Shown here in pieces: positions 19,201 to 28,272 of a stretch of DNA of 64,000 nt. The DNA is taken from NCBI GenBank assembly GCA_016193335.1, contig JACPSK010000001.1:279424-343423 (forward strand). Direction: 5' to 3'. Under the pieces are notes generated by a model. It was given only the letters and a program-made list of their open reading frames with translations. It had not been told where the DNA came from and did not search any database. The DNA comes from Candidatus Magasanikiibacteriota bacterium. Its GTDB lineage: Bacteria; Patescibacteriota; Patescibacteriia; Magasanikbacterales; UBA922. The position numbers were made by a program, and so were the translations under genes. Position 1 is the first letter of the stretch; the number at the start of each line of letters is the position of its first letter.

Positions 19201-22200
19201 ATTTGTAAGCAAAATTCCGGCTCCATCCAAGTCTACATATTTTGGACAGTCTACTGATGCATTTAAGCAGGCTATGCCCGGGCTGAGGACGCAAGACCCT
19301 TCTTTTTGAGCGATATTCCCTATCTTTGAATACAAAAGCTGCCCCGGCGGATCGCATTCTTCCGCAGGACCCACGATTCCATTCCCGCAAGTTTCGTCAA
19401 AAGGATTCACGGGCAGAGGTAAGGCGGACTGACACCATTGTTCATCAGTAAAAGACTGAGTATCTATGAGGCCGCTTACGATTTCATCGTCAAGATTGAA
19501 AAATTCCAGATTTCCATGCAACACATAGCCTTGAGTGTCCTTTTGATATTCATACTCATACACGCTCGAAAAAGCCGGACACATGTACAGTGACTTGCTT
19601 TCATTCCAACAAGTATTGGGGTCCTGCAAGACGCAAGAATCATTTTCACCGGGGCAATCTTGATCTGAAGCGCAACCCAGAAAAACGCCTTGCTCTTCGG
19701 AACTGCCGCCCAAACACAATCCGCAAGAAGACCAACGGTTGATAGGATCCACCGGCAAACCACCCACCGAGGCGGCCAAAGTAGCACTCCAGGAAGGCCA
19801 TTTTGAGACCGTGTAACCCGGGACGAAAGTGCCGGACTTAAGATCTCCTTTAAAAGTCGGCAGACCTTCATTGGTGCTGAAATGGGTATTTATGTTTTTG
19901 AGAGCTTGCTGAATGCCGGGCAAACGCGCCCAATCTCTGAAAAACTTTGTTTTTGCGTTGGAACAAACACCGCTCGTCGTCGGGAGACCTTGGGCATCAA
20001 CCAGAGGCGAACCGCCGGCATCTCTGCAGTCAAAATCCGTTTCACAGGTTTTATCGGTTATATCATTGGCGTCTTCGCCAAAACGAATATCAAAAGATCC
20101 GTCTGCCATGCAATATTTGTGATCGCTCAAATTTGTATTGAACTCAAGTGAAGATACGAGCTGTTCCAATACGTCTTTTGTAGAAGAATCAGCGTCCGGA
20201 TTGATACTCAATAAATATATGTTATTAAATATGTCGCTTCCCGCTCCGTCCTCCACGAAATTCAAGGCGTTGACATAATAATTGGTATTGTCGCTGAGAG
20301 CTTCATAATTCGCGACGTTTTTCTCTTGCATAGTCCCCAAATCTTCAAATTTTTCAGCGTACCAGGCGCCCAAGGATTTCGCTTTCCCTTCTTCATCCAT
20401 GTTTTTAAAAATTTGCAGTCCGACCACATCTTTATTTTCCGGTTTATCATTGAAAAAGAGAATTTTGCGCAAAACATCTTGAGCCAACAATTTTTTGCCT
20501 TCATCCACTTCAAAAGAAATATCAACGCAAGAATCCGTCACTTTCCAAGCGACAGAAGCGTTAACGCAACTTTCATTCTGAGCCTGGTCACAATCCGCGC
20601 TTGCGGAGCAAGATATATATGTTGAACCATAAAGCGGCGGATATTGTATATTCCCGTTCGCGTCCGTTTTTCTGCAAAATTTTTCCGTGGGCAATGACGT
20701 CAACTTGCAACCATTTGTTTTTAACTCGACGGCGCTCAATTCCAGCTTGCACTCAGGAGTATACATAGGATAGCCCGGACTCGTGTTGACAGCGGGAAGA
20801 TTATACAAAGGAACGCATTGGCTGTCTTCCAAGCAAGAAGTTCCGGGTGCCAGCAAACAATTCCCCGGAACTTTAATTTGGACGTCTTGTTCATTTTGGA
20901 TCTCAAATATATTGTTCAAAAACGGCAAGTCGTCCGAGGTGTCACCGGCGTTACCGGCGTCCGCGCAATAACTCATGCTAAAATTGTACTTCTCGTCTTT
21001 CCACGGCGACCATGAACCATCGGCTTCAAAAGCCGGCCAAGGGTTTTCACAAAAATTCGCGGTCAAATCCATGATTTCGGTAAATTTAAAGCCCTCTTGG
21101 CTGTCTTCGCCCTTGTCGGTTATGATTTCAGCCGCGACAATACCATTGATATGGCCCTCCACGTCTTTGGAGCTAATCGTATTGTCGGGTTTGTTGATAT
21201 CCGGAATATCAAAAATGATATTGTTCACCGGATCCCATTTCCAAACCCAATCATAGACATCTTTAATGGGCACGATAAACTGTCCGTTCGCGCTCTCCGC
21301 TTTTACATTGAAATCCTTTCCTTGGCCGGGTTTATTGAACAAATAGGAATCCGGATCCACTTGAATATCTTTTATCTTGCAAATTTCATTTCCTGTTTTG
21401 AAAACCCAAATATCATCTCGAACCAGCAAGAAAGAATCCGCACTTTTAATGCCCACCCCGTCAATATCTCGTATGCCGGTTAAGCCACCATTCAAGAGGA
21501 CGCCATAAATACTGTTTTCATCCAAAAGCTTTCCTATATATATGGAAACAAGAGAAGCTTTAAGCGGCGTCTCACCGGCTACTGTTATTGTTTTGGCTTC
21601 AAAAGAAACCGGGATTTCACCCGCGCACCAGGTTTGTATATCGGTTAAATCTTTGATTTCAAAATAAGAAAGCGCGAAAGCTATCTTATTGAACAGCATC
21701 ACGAAAAAGTCTTTTATTTGTTTCCACATTTGATAAAAAAATCCGCCGTCGCTCTTGAGAACCAAAGTATTTATACCCATGGCATCCTGAACTTTTTCAG
21801 TAATGTCGTATCCGCCCGAACTTGCACAGTCATAGCCGGCCTCGGGATGTGCTTTTACTATGACTATATTATTATTGAGCGAGTCAACTTCAATTTCTTT
21901 GTTAAAACGCGCTTCTATATATGTGTTTCTGCATACGGCATTGTCAGGATCTCCGATCCCTGCTTGACCGGGAGGGTACTCTTCATATCTCAAAGGCCGA
22001 AGAGCACAGCAAGAATTATAAGCCACACCATAGAGATTGCCCCCATTCCCCCCGTTCACTACGCAATCATTATATTGTTCACTGACATCCTGAACTTTAA
22101 ATTCGGTGTACCCGCATTGAAGCGTATAATCTCCTGAACCGGAAGCATCATTGGGGATGCCAGGATTGCCATCTAACTTCACAGTGATGTCCGTGTTTTG

Positions 22201-25200
22201 CTTTCCATCCGTGACTGTGCCTTTCCCTATGGCGGTCACTACCTGCACCGGGCTACTGCTCGTAAAGTTGAAATTCAAAGTTTCCGCCGCTTTCTCGCAT
22301 TGACCATACTCTCCAAGACCAACTTTTCCTCCTGTTGCAAGTCCGTCGCCGCAAATTGATGAAGAAAAATATTTGGGTGAAGAACCAAGGAGCTGACATT
22401 CATCAGAGCAGCCTTCTAAACCTTTTTGACAACGGAAACCATTTTGTTGCGCGCTTGAATATTCGGGTATATTGGTGGAACAAATGTTTCCTTGGAGAAG
22501 ACAACGGGATCCACAGGCCGCTTTCGCCGCGTTTGTCTCTATCATAACATTTTCAGCGTAGTTACCGGCCACGTACACTTTGTTATTAATGACTTCGCAT
22601 TCTTCTCCATCCTCTATAACCGCATTGCCACAGATACTGAGGGATTCTTGACAGGCTTCTGCTTCTTCTTTGCTTTTGTTTGTTTTTTGTTCGCACCAGT
22701 AAGTAGCCAGCTGGGTGCCTATGTGTAAGCAGGTATCAGTACAAAATATATTTGACTGAGATTTATCCGTAGCGTCTTCGTAACTCAAGGCCATGTCACA
22801 GGCCTCGCCAAGACCCACCTCTCCGTCCCCGCACCACGATTGCCCCACCAACTCTGAATTGAACTGGCTGTAAGGCAGAGAACCTGTCAGCGCAGCGCCT
22901 TCTGGCGTGCTGGAACTGAATAGACAGTGCGTATCGCAGACACCCTCAGCCCATTTCAAGGTTCCGTCAGCGTTCTTTTCATTCAAATCACAATCTTCAC
23001 CCGGATCTTTTACGCCATTCCCGCAGAGAGGAAATGTTAATAAGACCGCGTTCGATAAATCACTGCCTTTCGGCAAACATAAAGGAGAACAAAAATCAGA
23101 CCATCCGAAACCGGTATGAAAATTGCTCACTGAAGCGACACTATTCCCATCCAGTTCATCTTTGTCTTCCGGGGTATACCAATCATACCCATAGTCCCAT
23201 TTATTCAATTTTTGTCCGTATTTGCTACATTCGTTTGGAGAACTGTAAGGAACAACGCCGTATTTTGTCTTCTCTCCTATGTTATAGGCAGTAAATGGAT
23301 CCGGTTCTACTTTGAGATCATTGGCCGCGCAAGGCGTGGCATCATTTTTTGTCTTAAATATCCATTCAAAAGGCTGGAGAGCTTTCCCTTGTTTAAAACT
23401 TCCATCCCCATTGATGAAATCAATGGAACGAATGGCAGAACTGAGACTCACCTTGTAATAGGTATTTTTGTCCAGAGAATCCGGATCCACCACCAATTTT
23501 AATTTGTTACTGCTATCAATATCATAAGCAGTGTTTGATATCTGCGTGGGATTGACGCAATTCGCGTTGTCACATTTGAACAAAACGAAACCCGCCTCAT
23601 AGGTGGACGGATCCATGTGTCTGTTGAAATGCGCGGCAATACTCGCGTTGATGCAAGATTCTGAACAATTTGGTTCCCAATAGATAACTTTCGGATCCCC
23701 AAGTTGGATATTAAGCAGACTGTAAGGCGACAAAAGCGTAGTAAGAGCTCCGGCCCCTTCTGTGGCTTCTTTGATAACAATTTCAGCCTCTGCTTCGATA
23801 TGAACAGGGGTAATGGCTGTATCTTCTTTTGCTCTGGCGATCCCTCTCGTATCTGTGTATTGAGGCGGATTTGGCCAATTATGAGCCGTAGCTTTGACAA
23901 GATCAGAACTGTCCCACACCCAACCTTTGCCGTCCACCGGAAGGACCGAACATTCCTGATCTCCATACCCGTTGATGAAATAATGCAAAGGATTAGTCGG
24001 AACCGCGAATATATCTTCCATATCTTGAACCGGATACTTGGGGTCCTGAACAGTACCCAGTTTGTCGGTGCTGTATTGAATGGGATTAACACCGGCATTG
24101 CTCAATACGCATAATTTATCATTGGTTTTGAAAGCGAAACAATAGGCAGTGCCTTCGCCGCAGGGTCTGGTTTCCTTGAGTGAACCGCTCTGGATCACCG
24201 ATTCGCCGAGAAGCTGAACGGTTTCCTGTGATTTGATATCTTTGGAAAGTTCAACATTGTACCAAGTATTGGGCGATAAATACGTCTCAGGGCTGTCATT
24301 TTCTTTTATAATCAAGATCTCATTCTCCAATTTCAAATCAAGGTTTGTTAGCTGTTCTTTTTTTGCGGCGCAATCCATGGCTCCGTCTTCAGCAGTATCG
24401 CAGACATAGACCTTCACATTATTGGAAGTGAGGGTGCCCGTATCCATGGACATACTGAAACGAACCGCGATACTCGCGTTTTTGCAGGAAGCTTCTCCCA
24501 ATTTCAGATTCTGTTCCCAAGGAGTTGGAGATGGAAATTCCTGCTGAATGTCAAGTTTATTCCAATTCGCCACATTACAATCCTCAATCACATAAGGACG
24601 GTTGGGTATGAGGCCCGTGGTAAAACGCCATACATATCCCGCGTCACGGGTTTCTCCGGGGCACACATAACCATTACCTATCCATTGACCAGCCCCCGGT
24701 CCTTCGGTACAGCAGGTATATCCGGTACCCGGAGCTGTGGCTCCCGTTTCTCTGCAATCTGAAACAGTGTAGAGCACTCCGTTGCTTACTTGCTCTGAAT
24801 CTGATTTTACTTTTATAAGTCCGCTCTGCATGGAAAGACCGGTACCCACATCTACAGGAAGCAATGTCCTAACCAAGGTATCAACAGACTGCAAAATGAC
24901 ATTTTCGCCGCCGAATTTGTCTTGCTCAGAATTCAGCCAGGTGTTGAGCGTATCGGCTTGAGCCCCGTTCTGCCAATAATACACCGTTGGATCGGTGGAA
25001 AAACCATAACCTCTGATATACAAACCCTCGCTCTCTTTGGGCAAAGGAGCCGGGCCTTTATTCGGGTCGAGCAAACAGATGCTGGGTAAAGGCAGACCTT
25101 CATATACTCCAAAAGTATCCAGGCCATTTGAATGCAAAGGCCCGTCGCCTCTTTGAACAATAAGATAATAATTCCCCGCGATCATAGAATCCGGAACCTG

Positions 25201-28200
25201 CACTATAACCTGTGTGTCAGACCAGGTGTCTTTGCAATACGCAGGAAGAGTGGCGTTGGCTTGTGCACAGGTTCCGTCATCCGGACTGCATTCATGACCC
25301 TCTTCGCTTGTAAGATATACGATGCCCGTACTTTCTCCAAAATTCTTTCCAAAAATCGTTATGTAGCTCCCCGGAGTGCTTGACACCGGATCTATGCTTT
25401 CAATGATTGGAGCAAGATCTTTCAAATCTCCGGCCAAAACTTGAAAAGGAACCGCGTTGCTTGTTTTCCCTCCCACTTGCACGGTAACCGGGACCTTGCC
25501 CACGGCAGTATTAAAAGGAACGAGGGACTGTAAGAAATTATCAGTCCATTTATCTTGGTCTACTTGGGCTATGACGCCGCCAAAATCCAGGTTACTCGTC
25601 GCACCCTTTATATTGCCAAAGGATTTGCCATAGGCCTGAATGTCGGTATTCGGCAAAGCGGAAGAAAATTTGTATGAATCTGCCGTAACTACGGCGCAGA
25701 GACCGGGCCGAACGGTTTCATTTTTTATGAAATACCCCGGCTTGCCGCCTGTAATCTGGTCATATTCTTGTTTTGTCAAGTAGCCTTTCGCGGCCGCGTC
25801 CGGGTCTGGGACAGGGTTAGGCCCAAATGCATCGTCGCTTAAATCAAACAAACTCGGGTCGTCTCCCCTGCTCACGCGTATGGCGCTTATCTGGCCCAGG
25901 GCTCCATAGGATCCAAAAACTCCGGTCTGATTGAATAAAGGATTGCTTTCCTTGCTTATTTGAATCGGCGCTTTGCCGTTGACAATATTTACCGGATTTT
26001 GATCGAAAAAACGCAGATACAAGCTAGGCTCAAGAGAAAGGGCCGCGTCTTTGTAATGATCCAAACCTGCCAGAGGATCGTACAAAGCCGCTACCTGGCT
26101 ATCTGACAATGGGGATTCGTACATCAAAAATTCATCTATACTGCCCTTAAAATACAGAGGGGTGAATATAGAACGTTTGCCCAAGTTAATCCCATTTACA
26201 TTTGATTGGGTCAGAGAGCCGGCGCTGAGAGCTGTGGTCTTGAGGACTTTCCCATCAAGATACAAAGCTATTTGTCCGAGAACACTGTCAAAACTTGCCA
26301 CTACATGGTGAAAAACACTGGGAGTAGCAAAGGGAGATGAGATACGTCTGTATTTTGACACGGTCGGATCGAACATTTCGAAATTTATATGCTTCGACAA
26401 ATCAGGGAGCGTATTGAGATACAAACTCCAGCCTCCTCCCGCTTGGCTGAGCCCGCCTCCGGCTACGACTTCAAGACCAGTCTTGCTCCCCTCTCCTCTT
26501 ATCCAAGCGCTTACTGAAAAAGAAGCGGGCGCCTGCTTATATATAGGACTCGGGTTTATACTCAAAGAATCATCCACGCCATCAAAAGCAATGGCGTTAC
26601 CTTTTGGGGCGGGGTTGGGAACTTCCACCACTACAAAACTATCCTGCCAGGTGCTCTTGATCACTTCACTGCACTCCGCCAATTTTGCTTCAATCCATTC
26701 GCTATCTTCATATTCTCCGCTGTCATTTAAATCGGTGGCAAATTCAACTTTCCCGATTTTGGAACCGAAATAATTACCCAATATACTTATCCAATTCCCG
26801 GAAGCCCCGTCCTGCGGAACAATATCCGTGATTTGAGGATATTGCACGCAGGTGTTGTTCACACACTTTAGTCCGGCAGAGCAAGGAGTTGATTCATCAC
26901 AGTAGGCTCCTTCTTCCGCCCCACAAGGTCCGCCGGCGTCAACGTCAGTCTCCCCTTTATCTTTGTCAAATTCTCCGTTGGCGCAATATCCGGGATACAC
27001 GAAAAAATAGGTCTGTTTTTCTGAACTGTTGTGGTCTATATCAAACACCGCGGCTGTAACAATATACTTTGTTTTCGCCGGAATGCCTGAGCCCAAAAAT
27101 AAAGGATAGCTGAAGGTAAAAGGGTTTGCCGATTCATTTTTGTAAGGACCGTCGTAAATGTCGAACACATCTGCCCCATTCTCCGAAGCAATATACAGAT
27201 GGACGTATCCAAGACCAGAATCATCTTCAACGGTAAATTCTATCGGATATGTATTGTTGCTATAGAGCTTGATGCCAGGCTCAACGCTCGGGTTCCCGTC
27301 TGGCAATACAAACTGTATGCCCGTTTTATAAACAGGCGCGGTTTTATCATTAATCTTCTGGTTAACCCCGAAATCGACTTCTTTGAATGTCTCCACGCCG
27401 CAGACAGTACCCTCTTCCAATTTCTCGCCATTAGTCGATTCTATTTCTTTGGGAACTTCAACAAGATATTTGCTATCTGAAAGCGGCAGGCAAGTTTGTC
27501 CTTCTGTTTTGTTTTCATCCGCGCAGTTCTGCTCTTCTCCGGCGTACTTATATCGAGCCTGAATTACTTTTTTACTGTCATCAACAAAGCTGATATCAAA
27601 TAAAGTTGTTATGTCTTCTTTGGTTAATTCATTGTTCCCTCTGTATATTTTCAGAGCGTCTCCCGGAGCAGTGCCCAAGGCCTTACTAAAGACCGCGCGG
27701 ATCACGATATTATTCATGTCTGTGACATCTTGGCTCGGCGTAATGCTTTTCACCACAAAGTGCTGTTCAAAACAAGAACCATAGCCACCCCCGCCGCCAT
27801 TACACTCGGCAACCGTTTGGCAGCCCCCGCCCCCGCCTCCTCCACCTGCGCCAGTGGCCTCCGCGAGCTTGTCCAAGACAAATTGGGTGATGGCGAGAGA
27901 AGACAAAATAATAGCAAGGCCTATAGTGCCATTTATCAAAATTTTCCGCGCTTGCAAAATCTTGTCTTCACTGCCTCCGGCGGTCATGTACACATATCCG
28001 CCGTACAATATAATACCAAGGGCTATGACCCCCAAAAGCCCAAGAAAAATTCGGATTATTTTTGCCACGGTAACGCGAATATCCTGGACTTCCAAATTCA
28101 CGGTTTCGTTTATCTTGGCCACGCCAAAGGTATCGCCTTGCGCCATGGCAAAATCGCTCCACGCAAAAGAAAATAGACCATAAAATAGAAACACGAAAAA

Positions 28201-28272
28201 ACATGGTAGGCCTATTTTGTACAATATTGTGCGAAGAGCTTTGTTCATAGGTAAAACGGAAAGTTTATTCAC
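16201..28272 (-). CDS. Giant (4023 aa) pilin-anchored Cys-rich surface protein (VirB2/TrbC-like pilin, Ig-like, IPT/TIG, LamG, DUF4215-like repeats)
   Basis: Uninterrupted ORF with signal peptide and pilin motif IIRIFLGLLGVIALGIILYGGYVYMTAGG..A.KILINGTIGLAIILSS. Also IPT/TIG (ISILGNYFG, ITIFGKNFG), LamG (FSVSAWI..HHVVASFD..LYLDG..FKGSIDEF) and many CGNG/CGDG..E.CD.G repeats. Confidence 0.85.
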   Translation of the reverse strand: MNKLSVLPMNKALRTILYKIGLPCFFVFLFYGLFSFAWSDFAMAQGDTFGVAKINETVNLEVQDIRVTVAKIIRIFLGLLGVIALGIILYGGYVYMTAGGSEDKILQARKILINGTIGLAIILSSLAITQFVLDKLAEATGAGGGGGGGGCQTVAECNGGGGGYGSCFEQHFVVKSITPSQDVTDMNNIVIRAVFSKALGTAPGDALKIYRGNNELTKEDITTLFDISFVDDSKKVIQARYKYAGEEQNCADENKTEGQTCLPLSDSKYLVEVPKEIESTNGEKLEEGTVCGVETFKEVDFGVNQKINDKTAPVYKTGIQFVLPDGNPSVEPGIKLYSNNTYPIEFTVEDDSGLGYVHLYIASENGADVFDIYDGPYKNESANPFTFSYPLFLGSGIPAKTKYIVTAAVFDIDHNSSEKQTYFFVYPGYCANGEFDKDKGETDVDAGGPCGAEEGAYCDESTPCSAGLKCVNNTCVQYPQITDIVPQDGASGNWISILGNYFGSKIGKVEFATDLNDSGEYEDSEWIEAKLAECSEVIKSTWQDSFVVVEVPNPAPKGNAIAFDGVDDSLSINPSPIYKQAPASFSVSAWIRGEGSKTGLEVVAGGGLSQAGGGWSLYLNTLPDLSKHINFEMFDPTVSKYRRISSPFATPSVFHHVVASFDSVLGQIALYLDGKVLKTTALSAGSLTQSNVNGINLGKRSIFTPLYFKGSIDEFLMYESPLSDSQVAALYDPLAGLDHYKDAALSLEPSLYLRFFDQNPVNIVNGKAPIQISKESNPLFNQTGVFGSYGALGQISAIRVSRGDDPSLFDLSDDAFGPNPVPDPDAAAKGYLTKQEYDQITGGKPGYFIKNETVRPGLCAVVTADSYKFSSALPNTDIQAYGKSFGNIKGATSNLDFGGVIAQVDQDKWTDNFLQSLVPFNTAVGKVPVTVQVGGKTSNAVPFQVLAGDLKDLAPIIESIDPVSSTPGSYITIFGKNFGESTGIVYLTSEEGHECSPDDGTCAQANATLPAYCKDTWSDTQVIVQVPDSMIAGNYYLIVQRGDGPLHSNGLDTFGVYEGLPLPSICLLDPNKGPAPLPKESEGLYIRGYGFSTDPTVYYWQNGAQADTLNTWLNSEQDKFGGENVILQSVDTLVRTLLPVDVGTGLSMQSGLIKVKSDSEQVSNGVLYTVSDCRETGATAPGTGYTCCTEGPGAGQWIGNGYVCPGETRDAGYVWRFTTGLIPNRPYVIEDCNVANWNKLDIQQEFPSPTPWEQNLKLGEASCKNASIAVRFSMSMDTGTLTSNNVKVYVCDTAEDGAMDCAAKKEQLTNLDLKLENEILIIKENDSPETYLSPNTWYNVELSKDIKSQETVQLLGESVIQSGSLKETRPCGEGTAYCFAFKTNDKLCVLSNAGVNPIQYSTDKLGTVQDPKYPVQDMEDIFAVPTNPLHYFINGYGDQECSVLPVDGKGWVWDSSDLVKATAHNWPNPPQYTDTRGIARAKEDTAITPVHIEAEAEIVIKEATEGAGALTTLLSPYSLLNIQLGDPKVIYWEPNCSESCINASIAAHFNRHMDPSTYEAGFVLFKCDNANCVNPTQISNTAYDIDSSNKLKLVVDPDSLDKNTYYKVSLSSAIRSIDFINGDGSFKQGKALQPFEWIFKTKNDATPCAANDLKVEPDPFTAYNIGEKTKYGVVPYSSPNECSKYGQKLNKWDYGYDWYTPEDKDELDGNSVASVSNFHTGFGWSDFCSPLCLPKGSDLSNAVLLTFPLCGNGVKDPGEDCDLNEKNADGTLKWAEGVCDTHCLFSSSTPEGAALTGSLPYSQFNSELVGQSWCGDGEVGLGEACDMALSYEDATDKSQSNIFCTDTCLHIGTQLATYWCEQKTNKSKEEAEACQESLSICGNAVIEDGEECEVINNKVYVAGNYAENVMIETNAAKAACGSRCLLQGNICSTNIPEYSSAQQNGFRCQKGLEGCSDECQLLGSSPKYFSSSICGDGLATGGKVGLGEYGQCEKAAETLNFNFTSSSPVQVVTAIGKGTVTDGKQNTDITVKLDGNPGIPNDASGSGDYTLQCGYTEFKVQDVSEQYNDCVVNGGNGGNLYGVAYNSCCALRPLRYEEYPPGQAGIGDPDNAVCRNTYIEARFNKEIEVDSLNNNIVIVKAHPEAGYDCASSGGYDITEKVQDAMGINTLVLKSDGGFFYQMWKQIKDFFVMLFNKIAFALSYFEIKDLTDIQTWCAGEIPVSFEAKTITVAGETPLKASLVSIYIGKLLDENSIYGVLLNGGLTGIRDIDGVGIKSADSFLLVRDDIWVFKTGNEICKIKDIQVDPDSYLFNKPGQGKDFNVKAESANGQFIVPIKDVYDWVWKWDPVNNIIFDIPDINKPDNTISSKDVEGHINGIVAAEIITDKGEDSQEGFKFTEIMDLTANFCENPWPAFEADGSWSPWKDEKYNFSMSYCADAGNAGDTSDDLPFLNNIFEIQNEQDVQIKVPGNCLLAPGTSCLEDSQCVPLYNLPAVNTSPGYPMYTPECKLELSAVELKTNGCKLTSLPTEKFCRKTDANGNIQYPPLYGSTYISCSASADCDQAQNESCVNASVAWKVTDSCVDISFEVDEGKKLLAQDVLRKILFFNDKPENKDVVGLQIFKNMDEEGKAKSLGAWYAEKFEDLGTMQEKNVANYEALSDNTNYYVNALNFVEDGAGSDIFNNIYLLSINPDADSSTKDVLEQLVSSLEFNTNLSDHKYCMADGSFDIRFGEDANDITDKTCETDFDCRDAGGSPLVDAQGLPTTSGVCSNAKTKFFRDWARLPGIQQALKNINTHFSTNEGLPTFKGDLKSGTFVPGYTVSKWPSWSATLAASVGGLPVDPINRWSSCGLCLGGSSEEQGVFLGCASDQDCPGENDSCVLQDPNTCWNESKSLYMCPAFSSVYEYEYQKDTQGYVLHGNLEFFNLDDEIVSGLIDTQSFTDEQWCQSALPLPVNPFDETCGNGIVGPAEECDPPGQLLYSKIGNIAQKEGSCVLSPGIACLNASVDCPKYVDLDGAGILLTNKEGVCINSKSSNAQEIIYDQLVSTWEPGGLKLVAFGCSSDSECRTASYYDATSFGIVDLDNANPNILNQDGFNQYVAINQQTLTCAKSVTWEFDQCVGAIQGGLGQCPTGNFAKSICSQDCKTWEYGLCTASYTCGNGVVESGEKCDDGALNGTYGHCADSKSALSDGSKVGACQGLHPAYCGDGLVQAGKEVCDIAEAKYAQKPGYCKYANTLCGAVNECNFNLVCTNGACYNSNGKALGLSCSQNSDCVDTCLKDPSYHFSSEFSCAANCKAVGNYCGDGSIQHEYEACDDGNKTNGDGCNTYCEVEEVTLLCGNGKKEGTEACDDGNKKDGDGCSSSCTVEIAKAECGNGKIEQDIGEACDLGKDKNGVKCSPVYGKSCNYCSLDCKNILTIDSGEFCGDGLISGPEQCEPFSSTAILIPQTLAEVQDICLAETQVQTCENDCEDHFQSPWKYGKETLDGYICKNTANPQNRIRVAYGHAPEGVPDTYYGFPIGGINSGVNVSFSSYTKWDQYTDPAKELCNKLYGTSAQPLPFELIPWEDNPDADAFMEKVLVSDVQCKQDCVAAYDSCVAEKSQANSKQLVCDAGPDYTNKGSWVCSSDCLGEPENKCVACGVKTFGPEPLLALLNPMVDPLTGGDTQSLGSGLNWAKLADYDLSLGRKQLKTEGGLGAFFSLEPDDVSLITVKTPSNPFFITSESNIEANLLCKEEYALSFNRLGIQTATGISGSMLQYKAKKKHFFDYPVNGEKEKIVNELVVSPAVPEGVVRVVLRWTDEENKKGGIFSGGLYSSRLAKFSGGDPTKALIRYADAKSAVNPLQKLCKFMVKTDKTVQTDEGSVSEEYWMPAPLNGSGCTGTNGVFVHEIAGAAKTFIQSFTIDPSIIVTAQPHSYGFFVEAVDDVLGSYTNSNLQVDVYSYHEGQVPLYSLYQPDYSFNIKDAADSSSNSLAPYWHVFNFLVSPSADGTYSYGIEPVETIETDICQIKENMPLPPEEKCSL

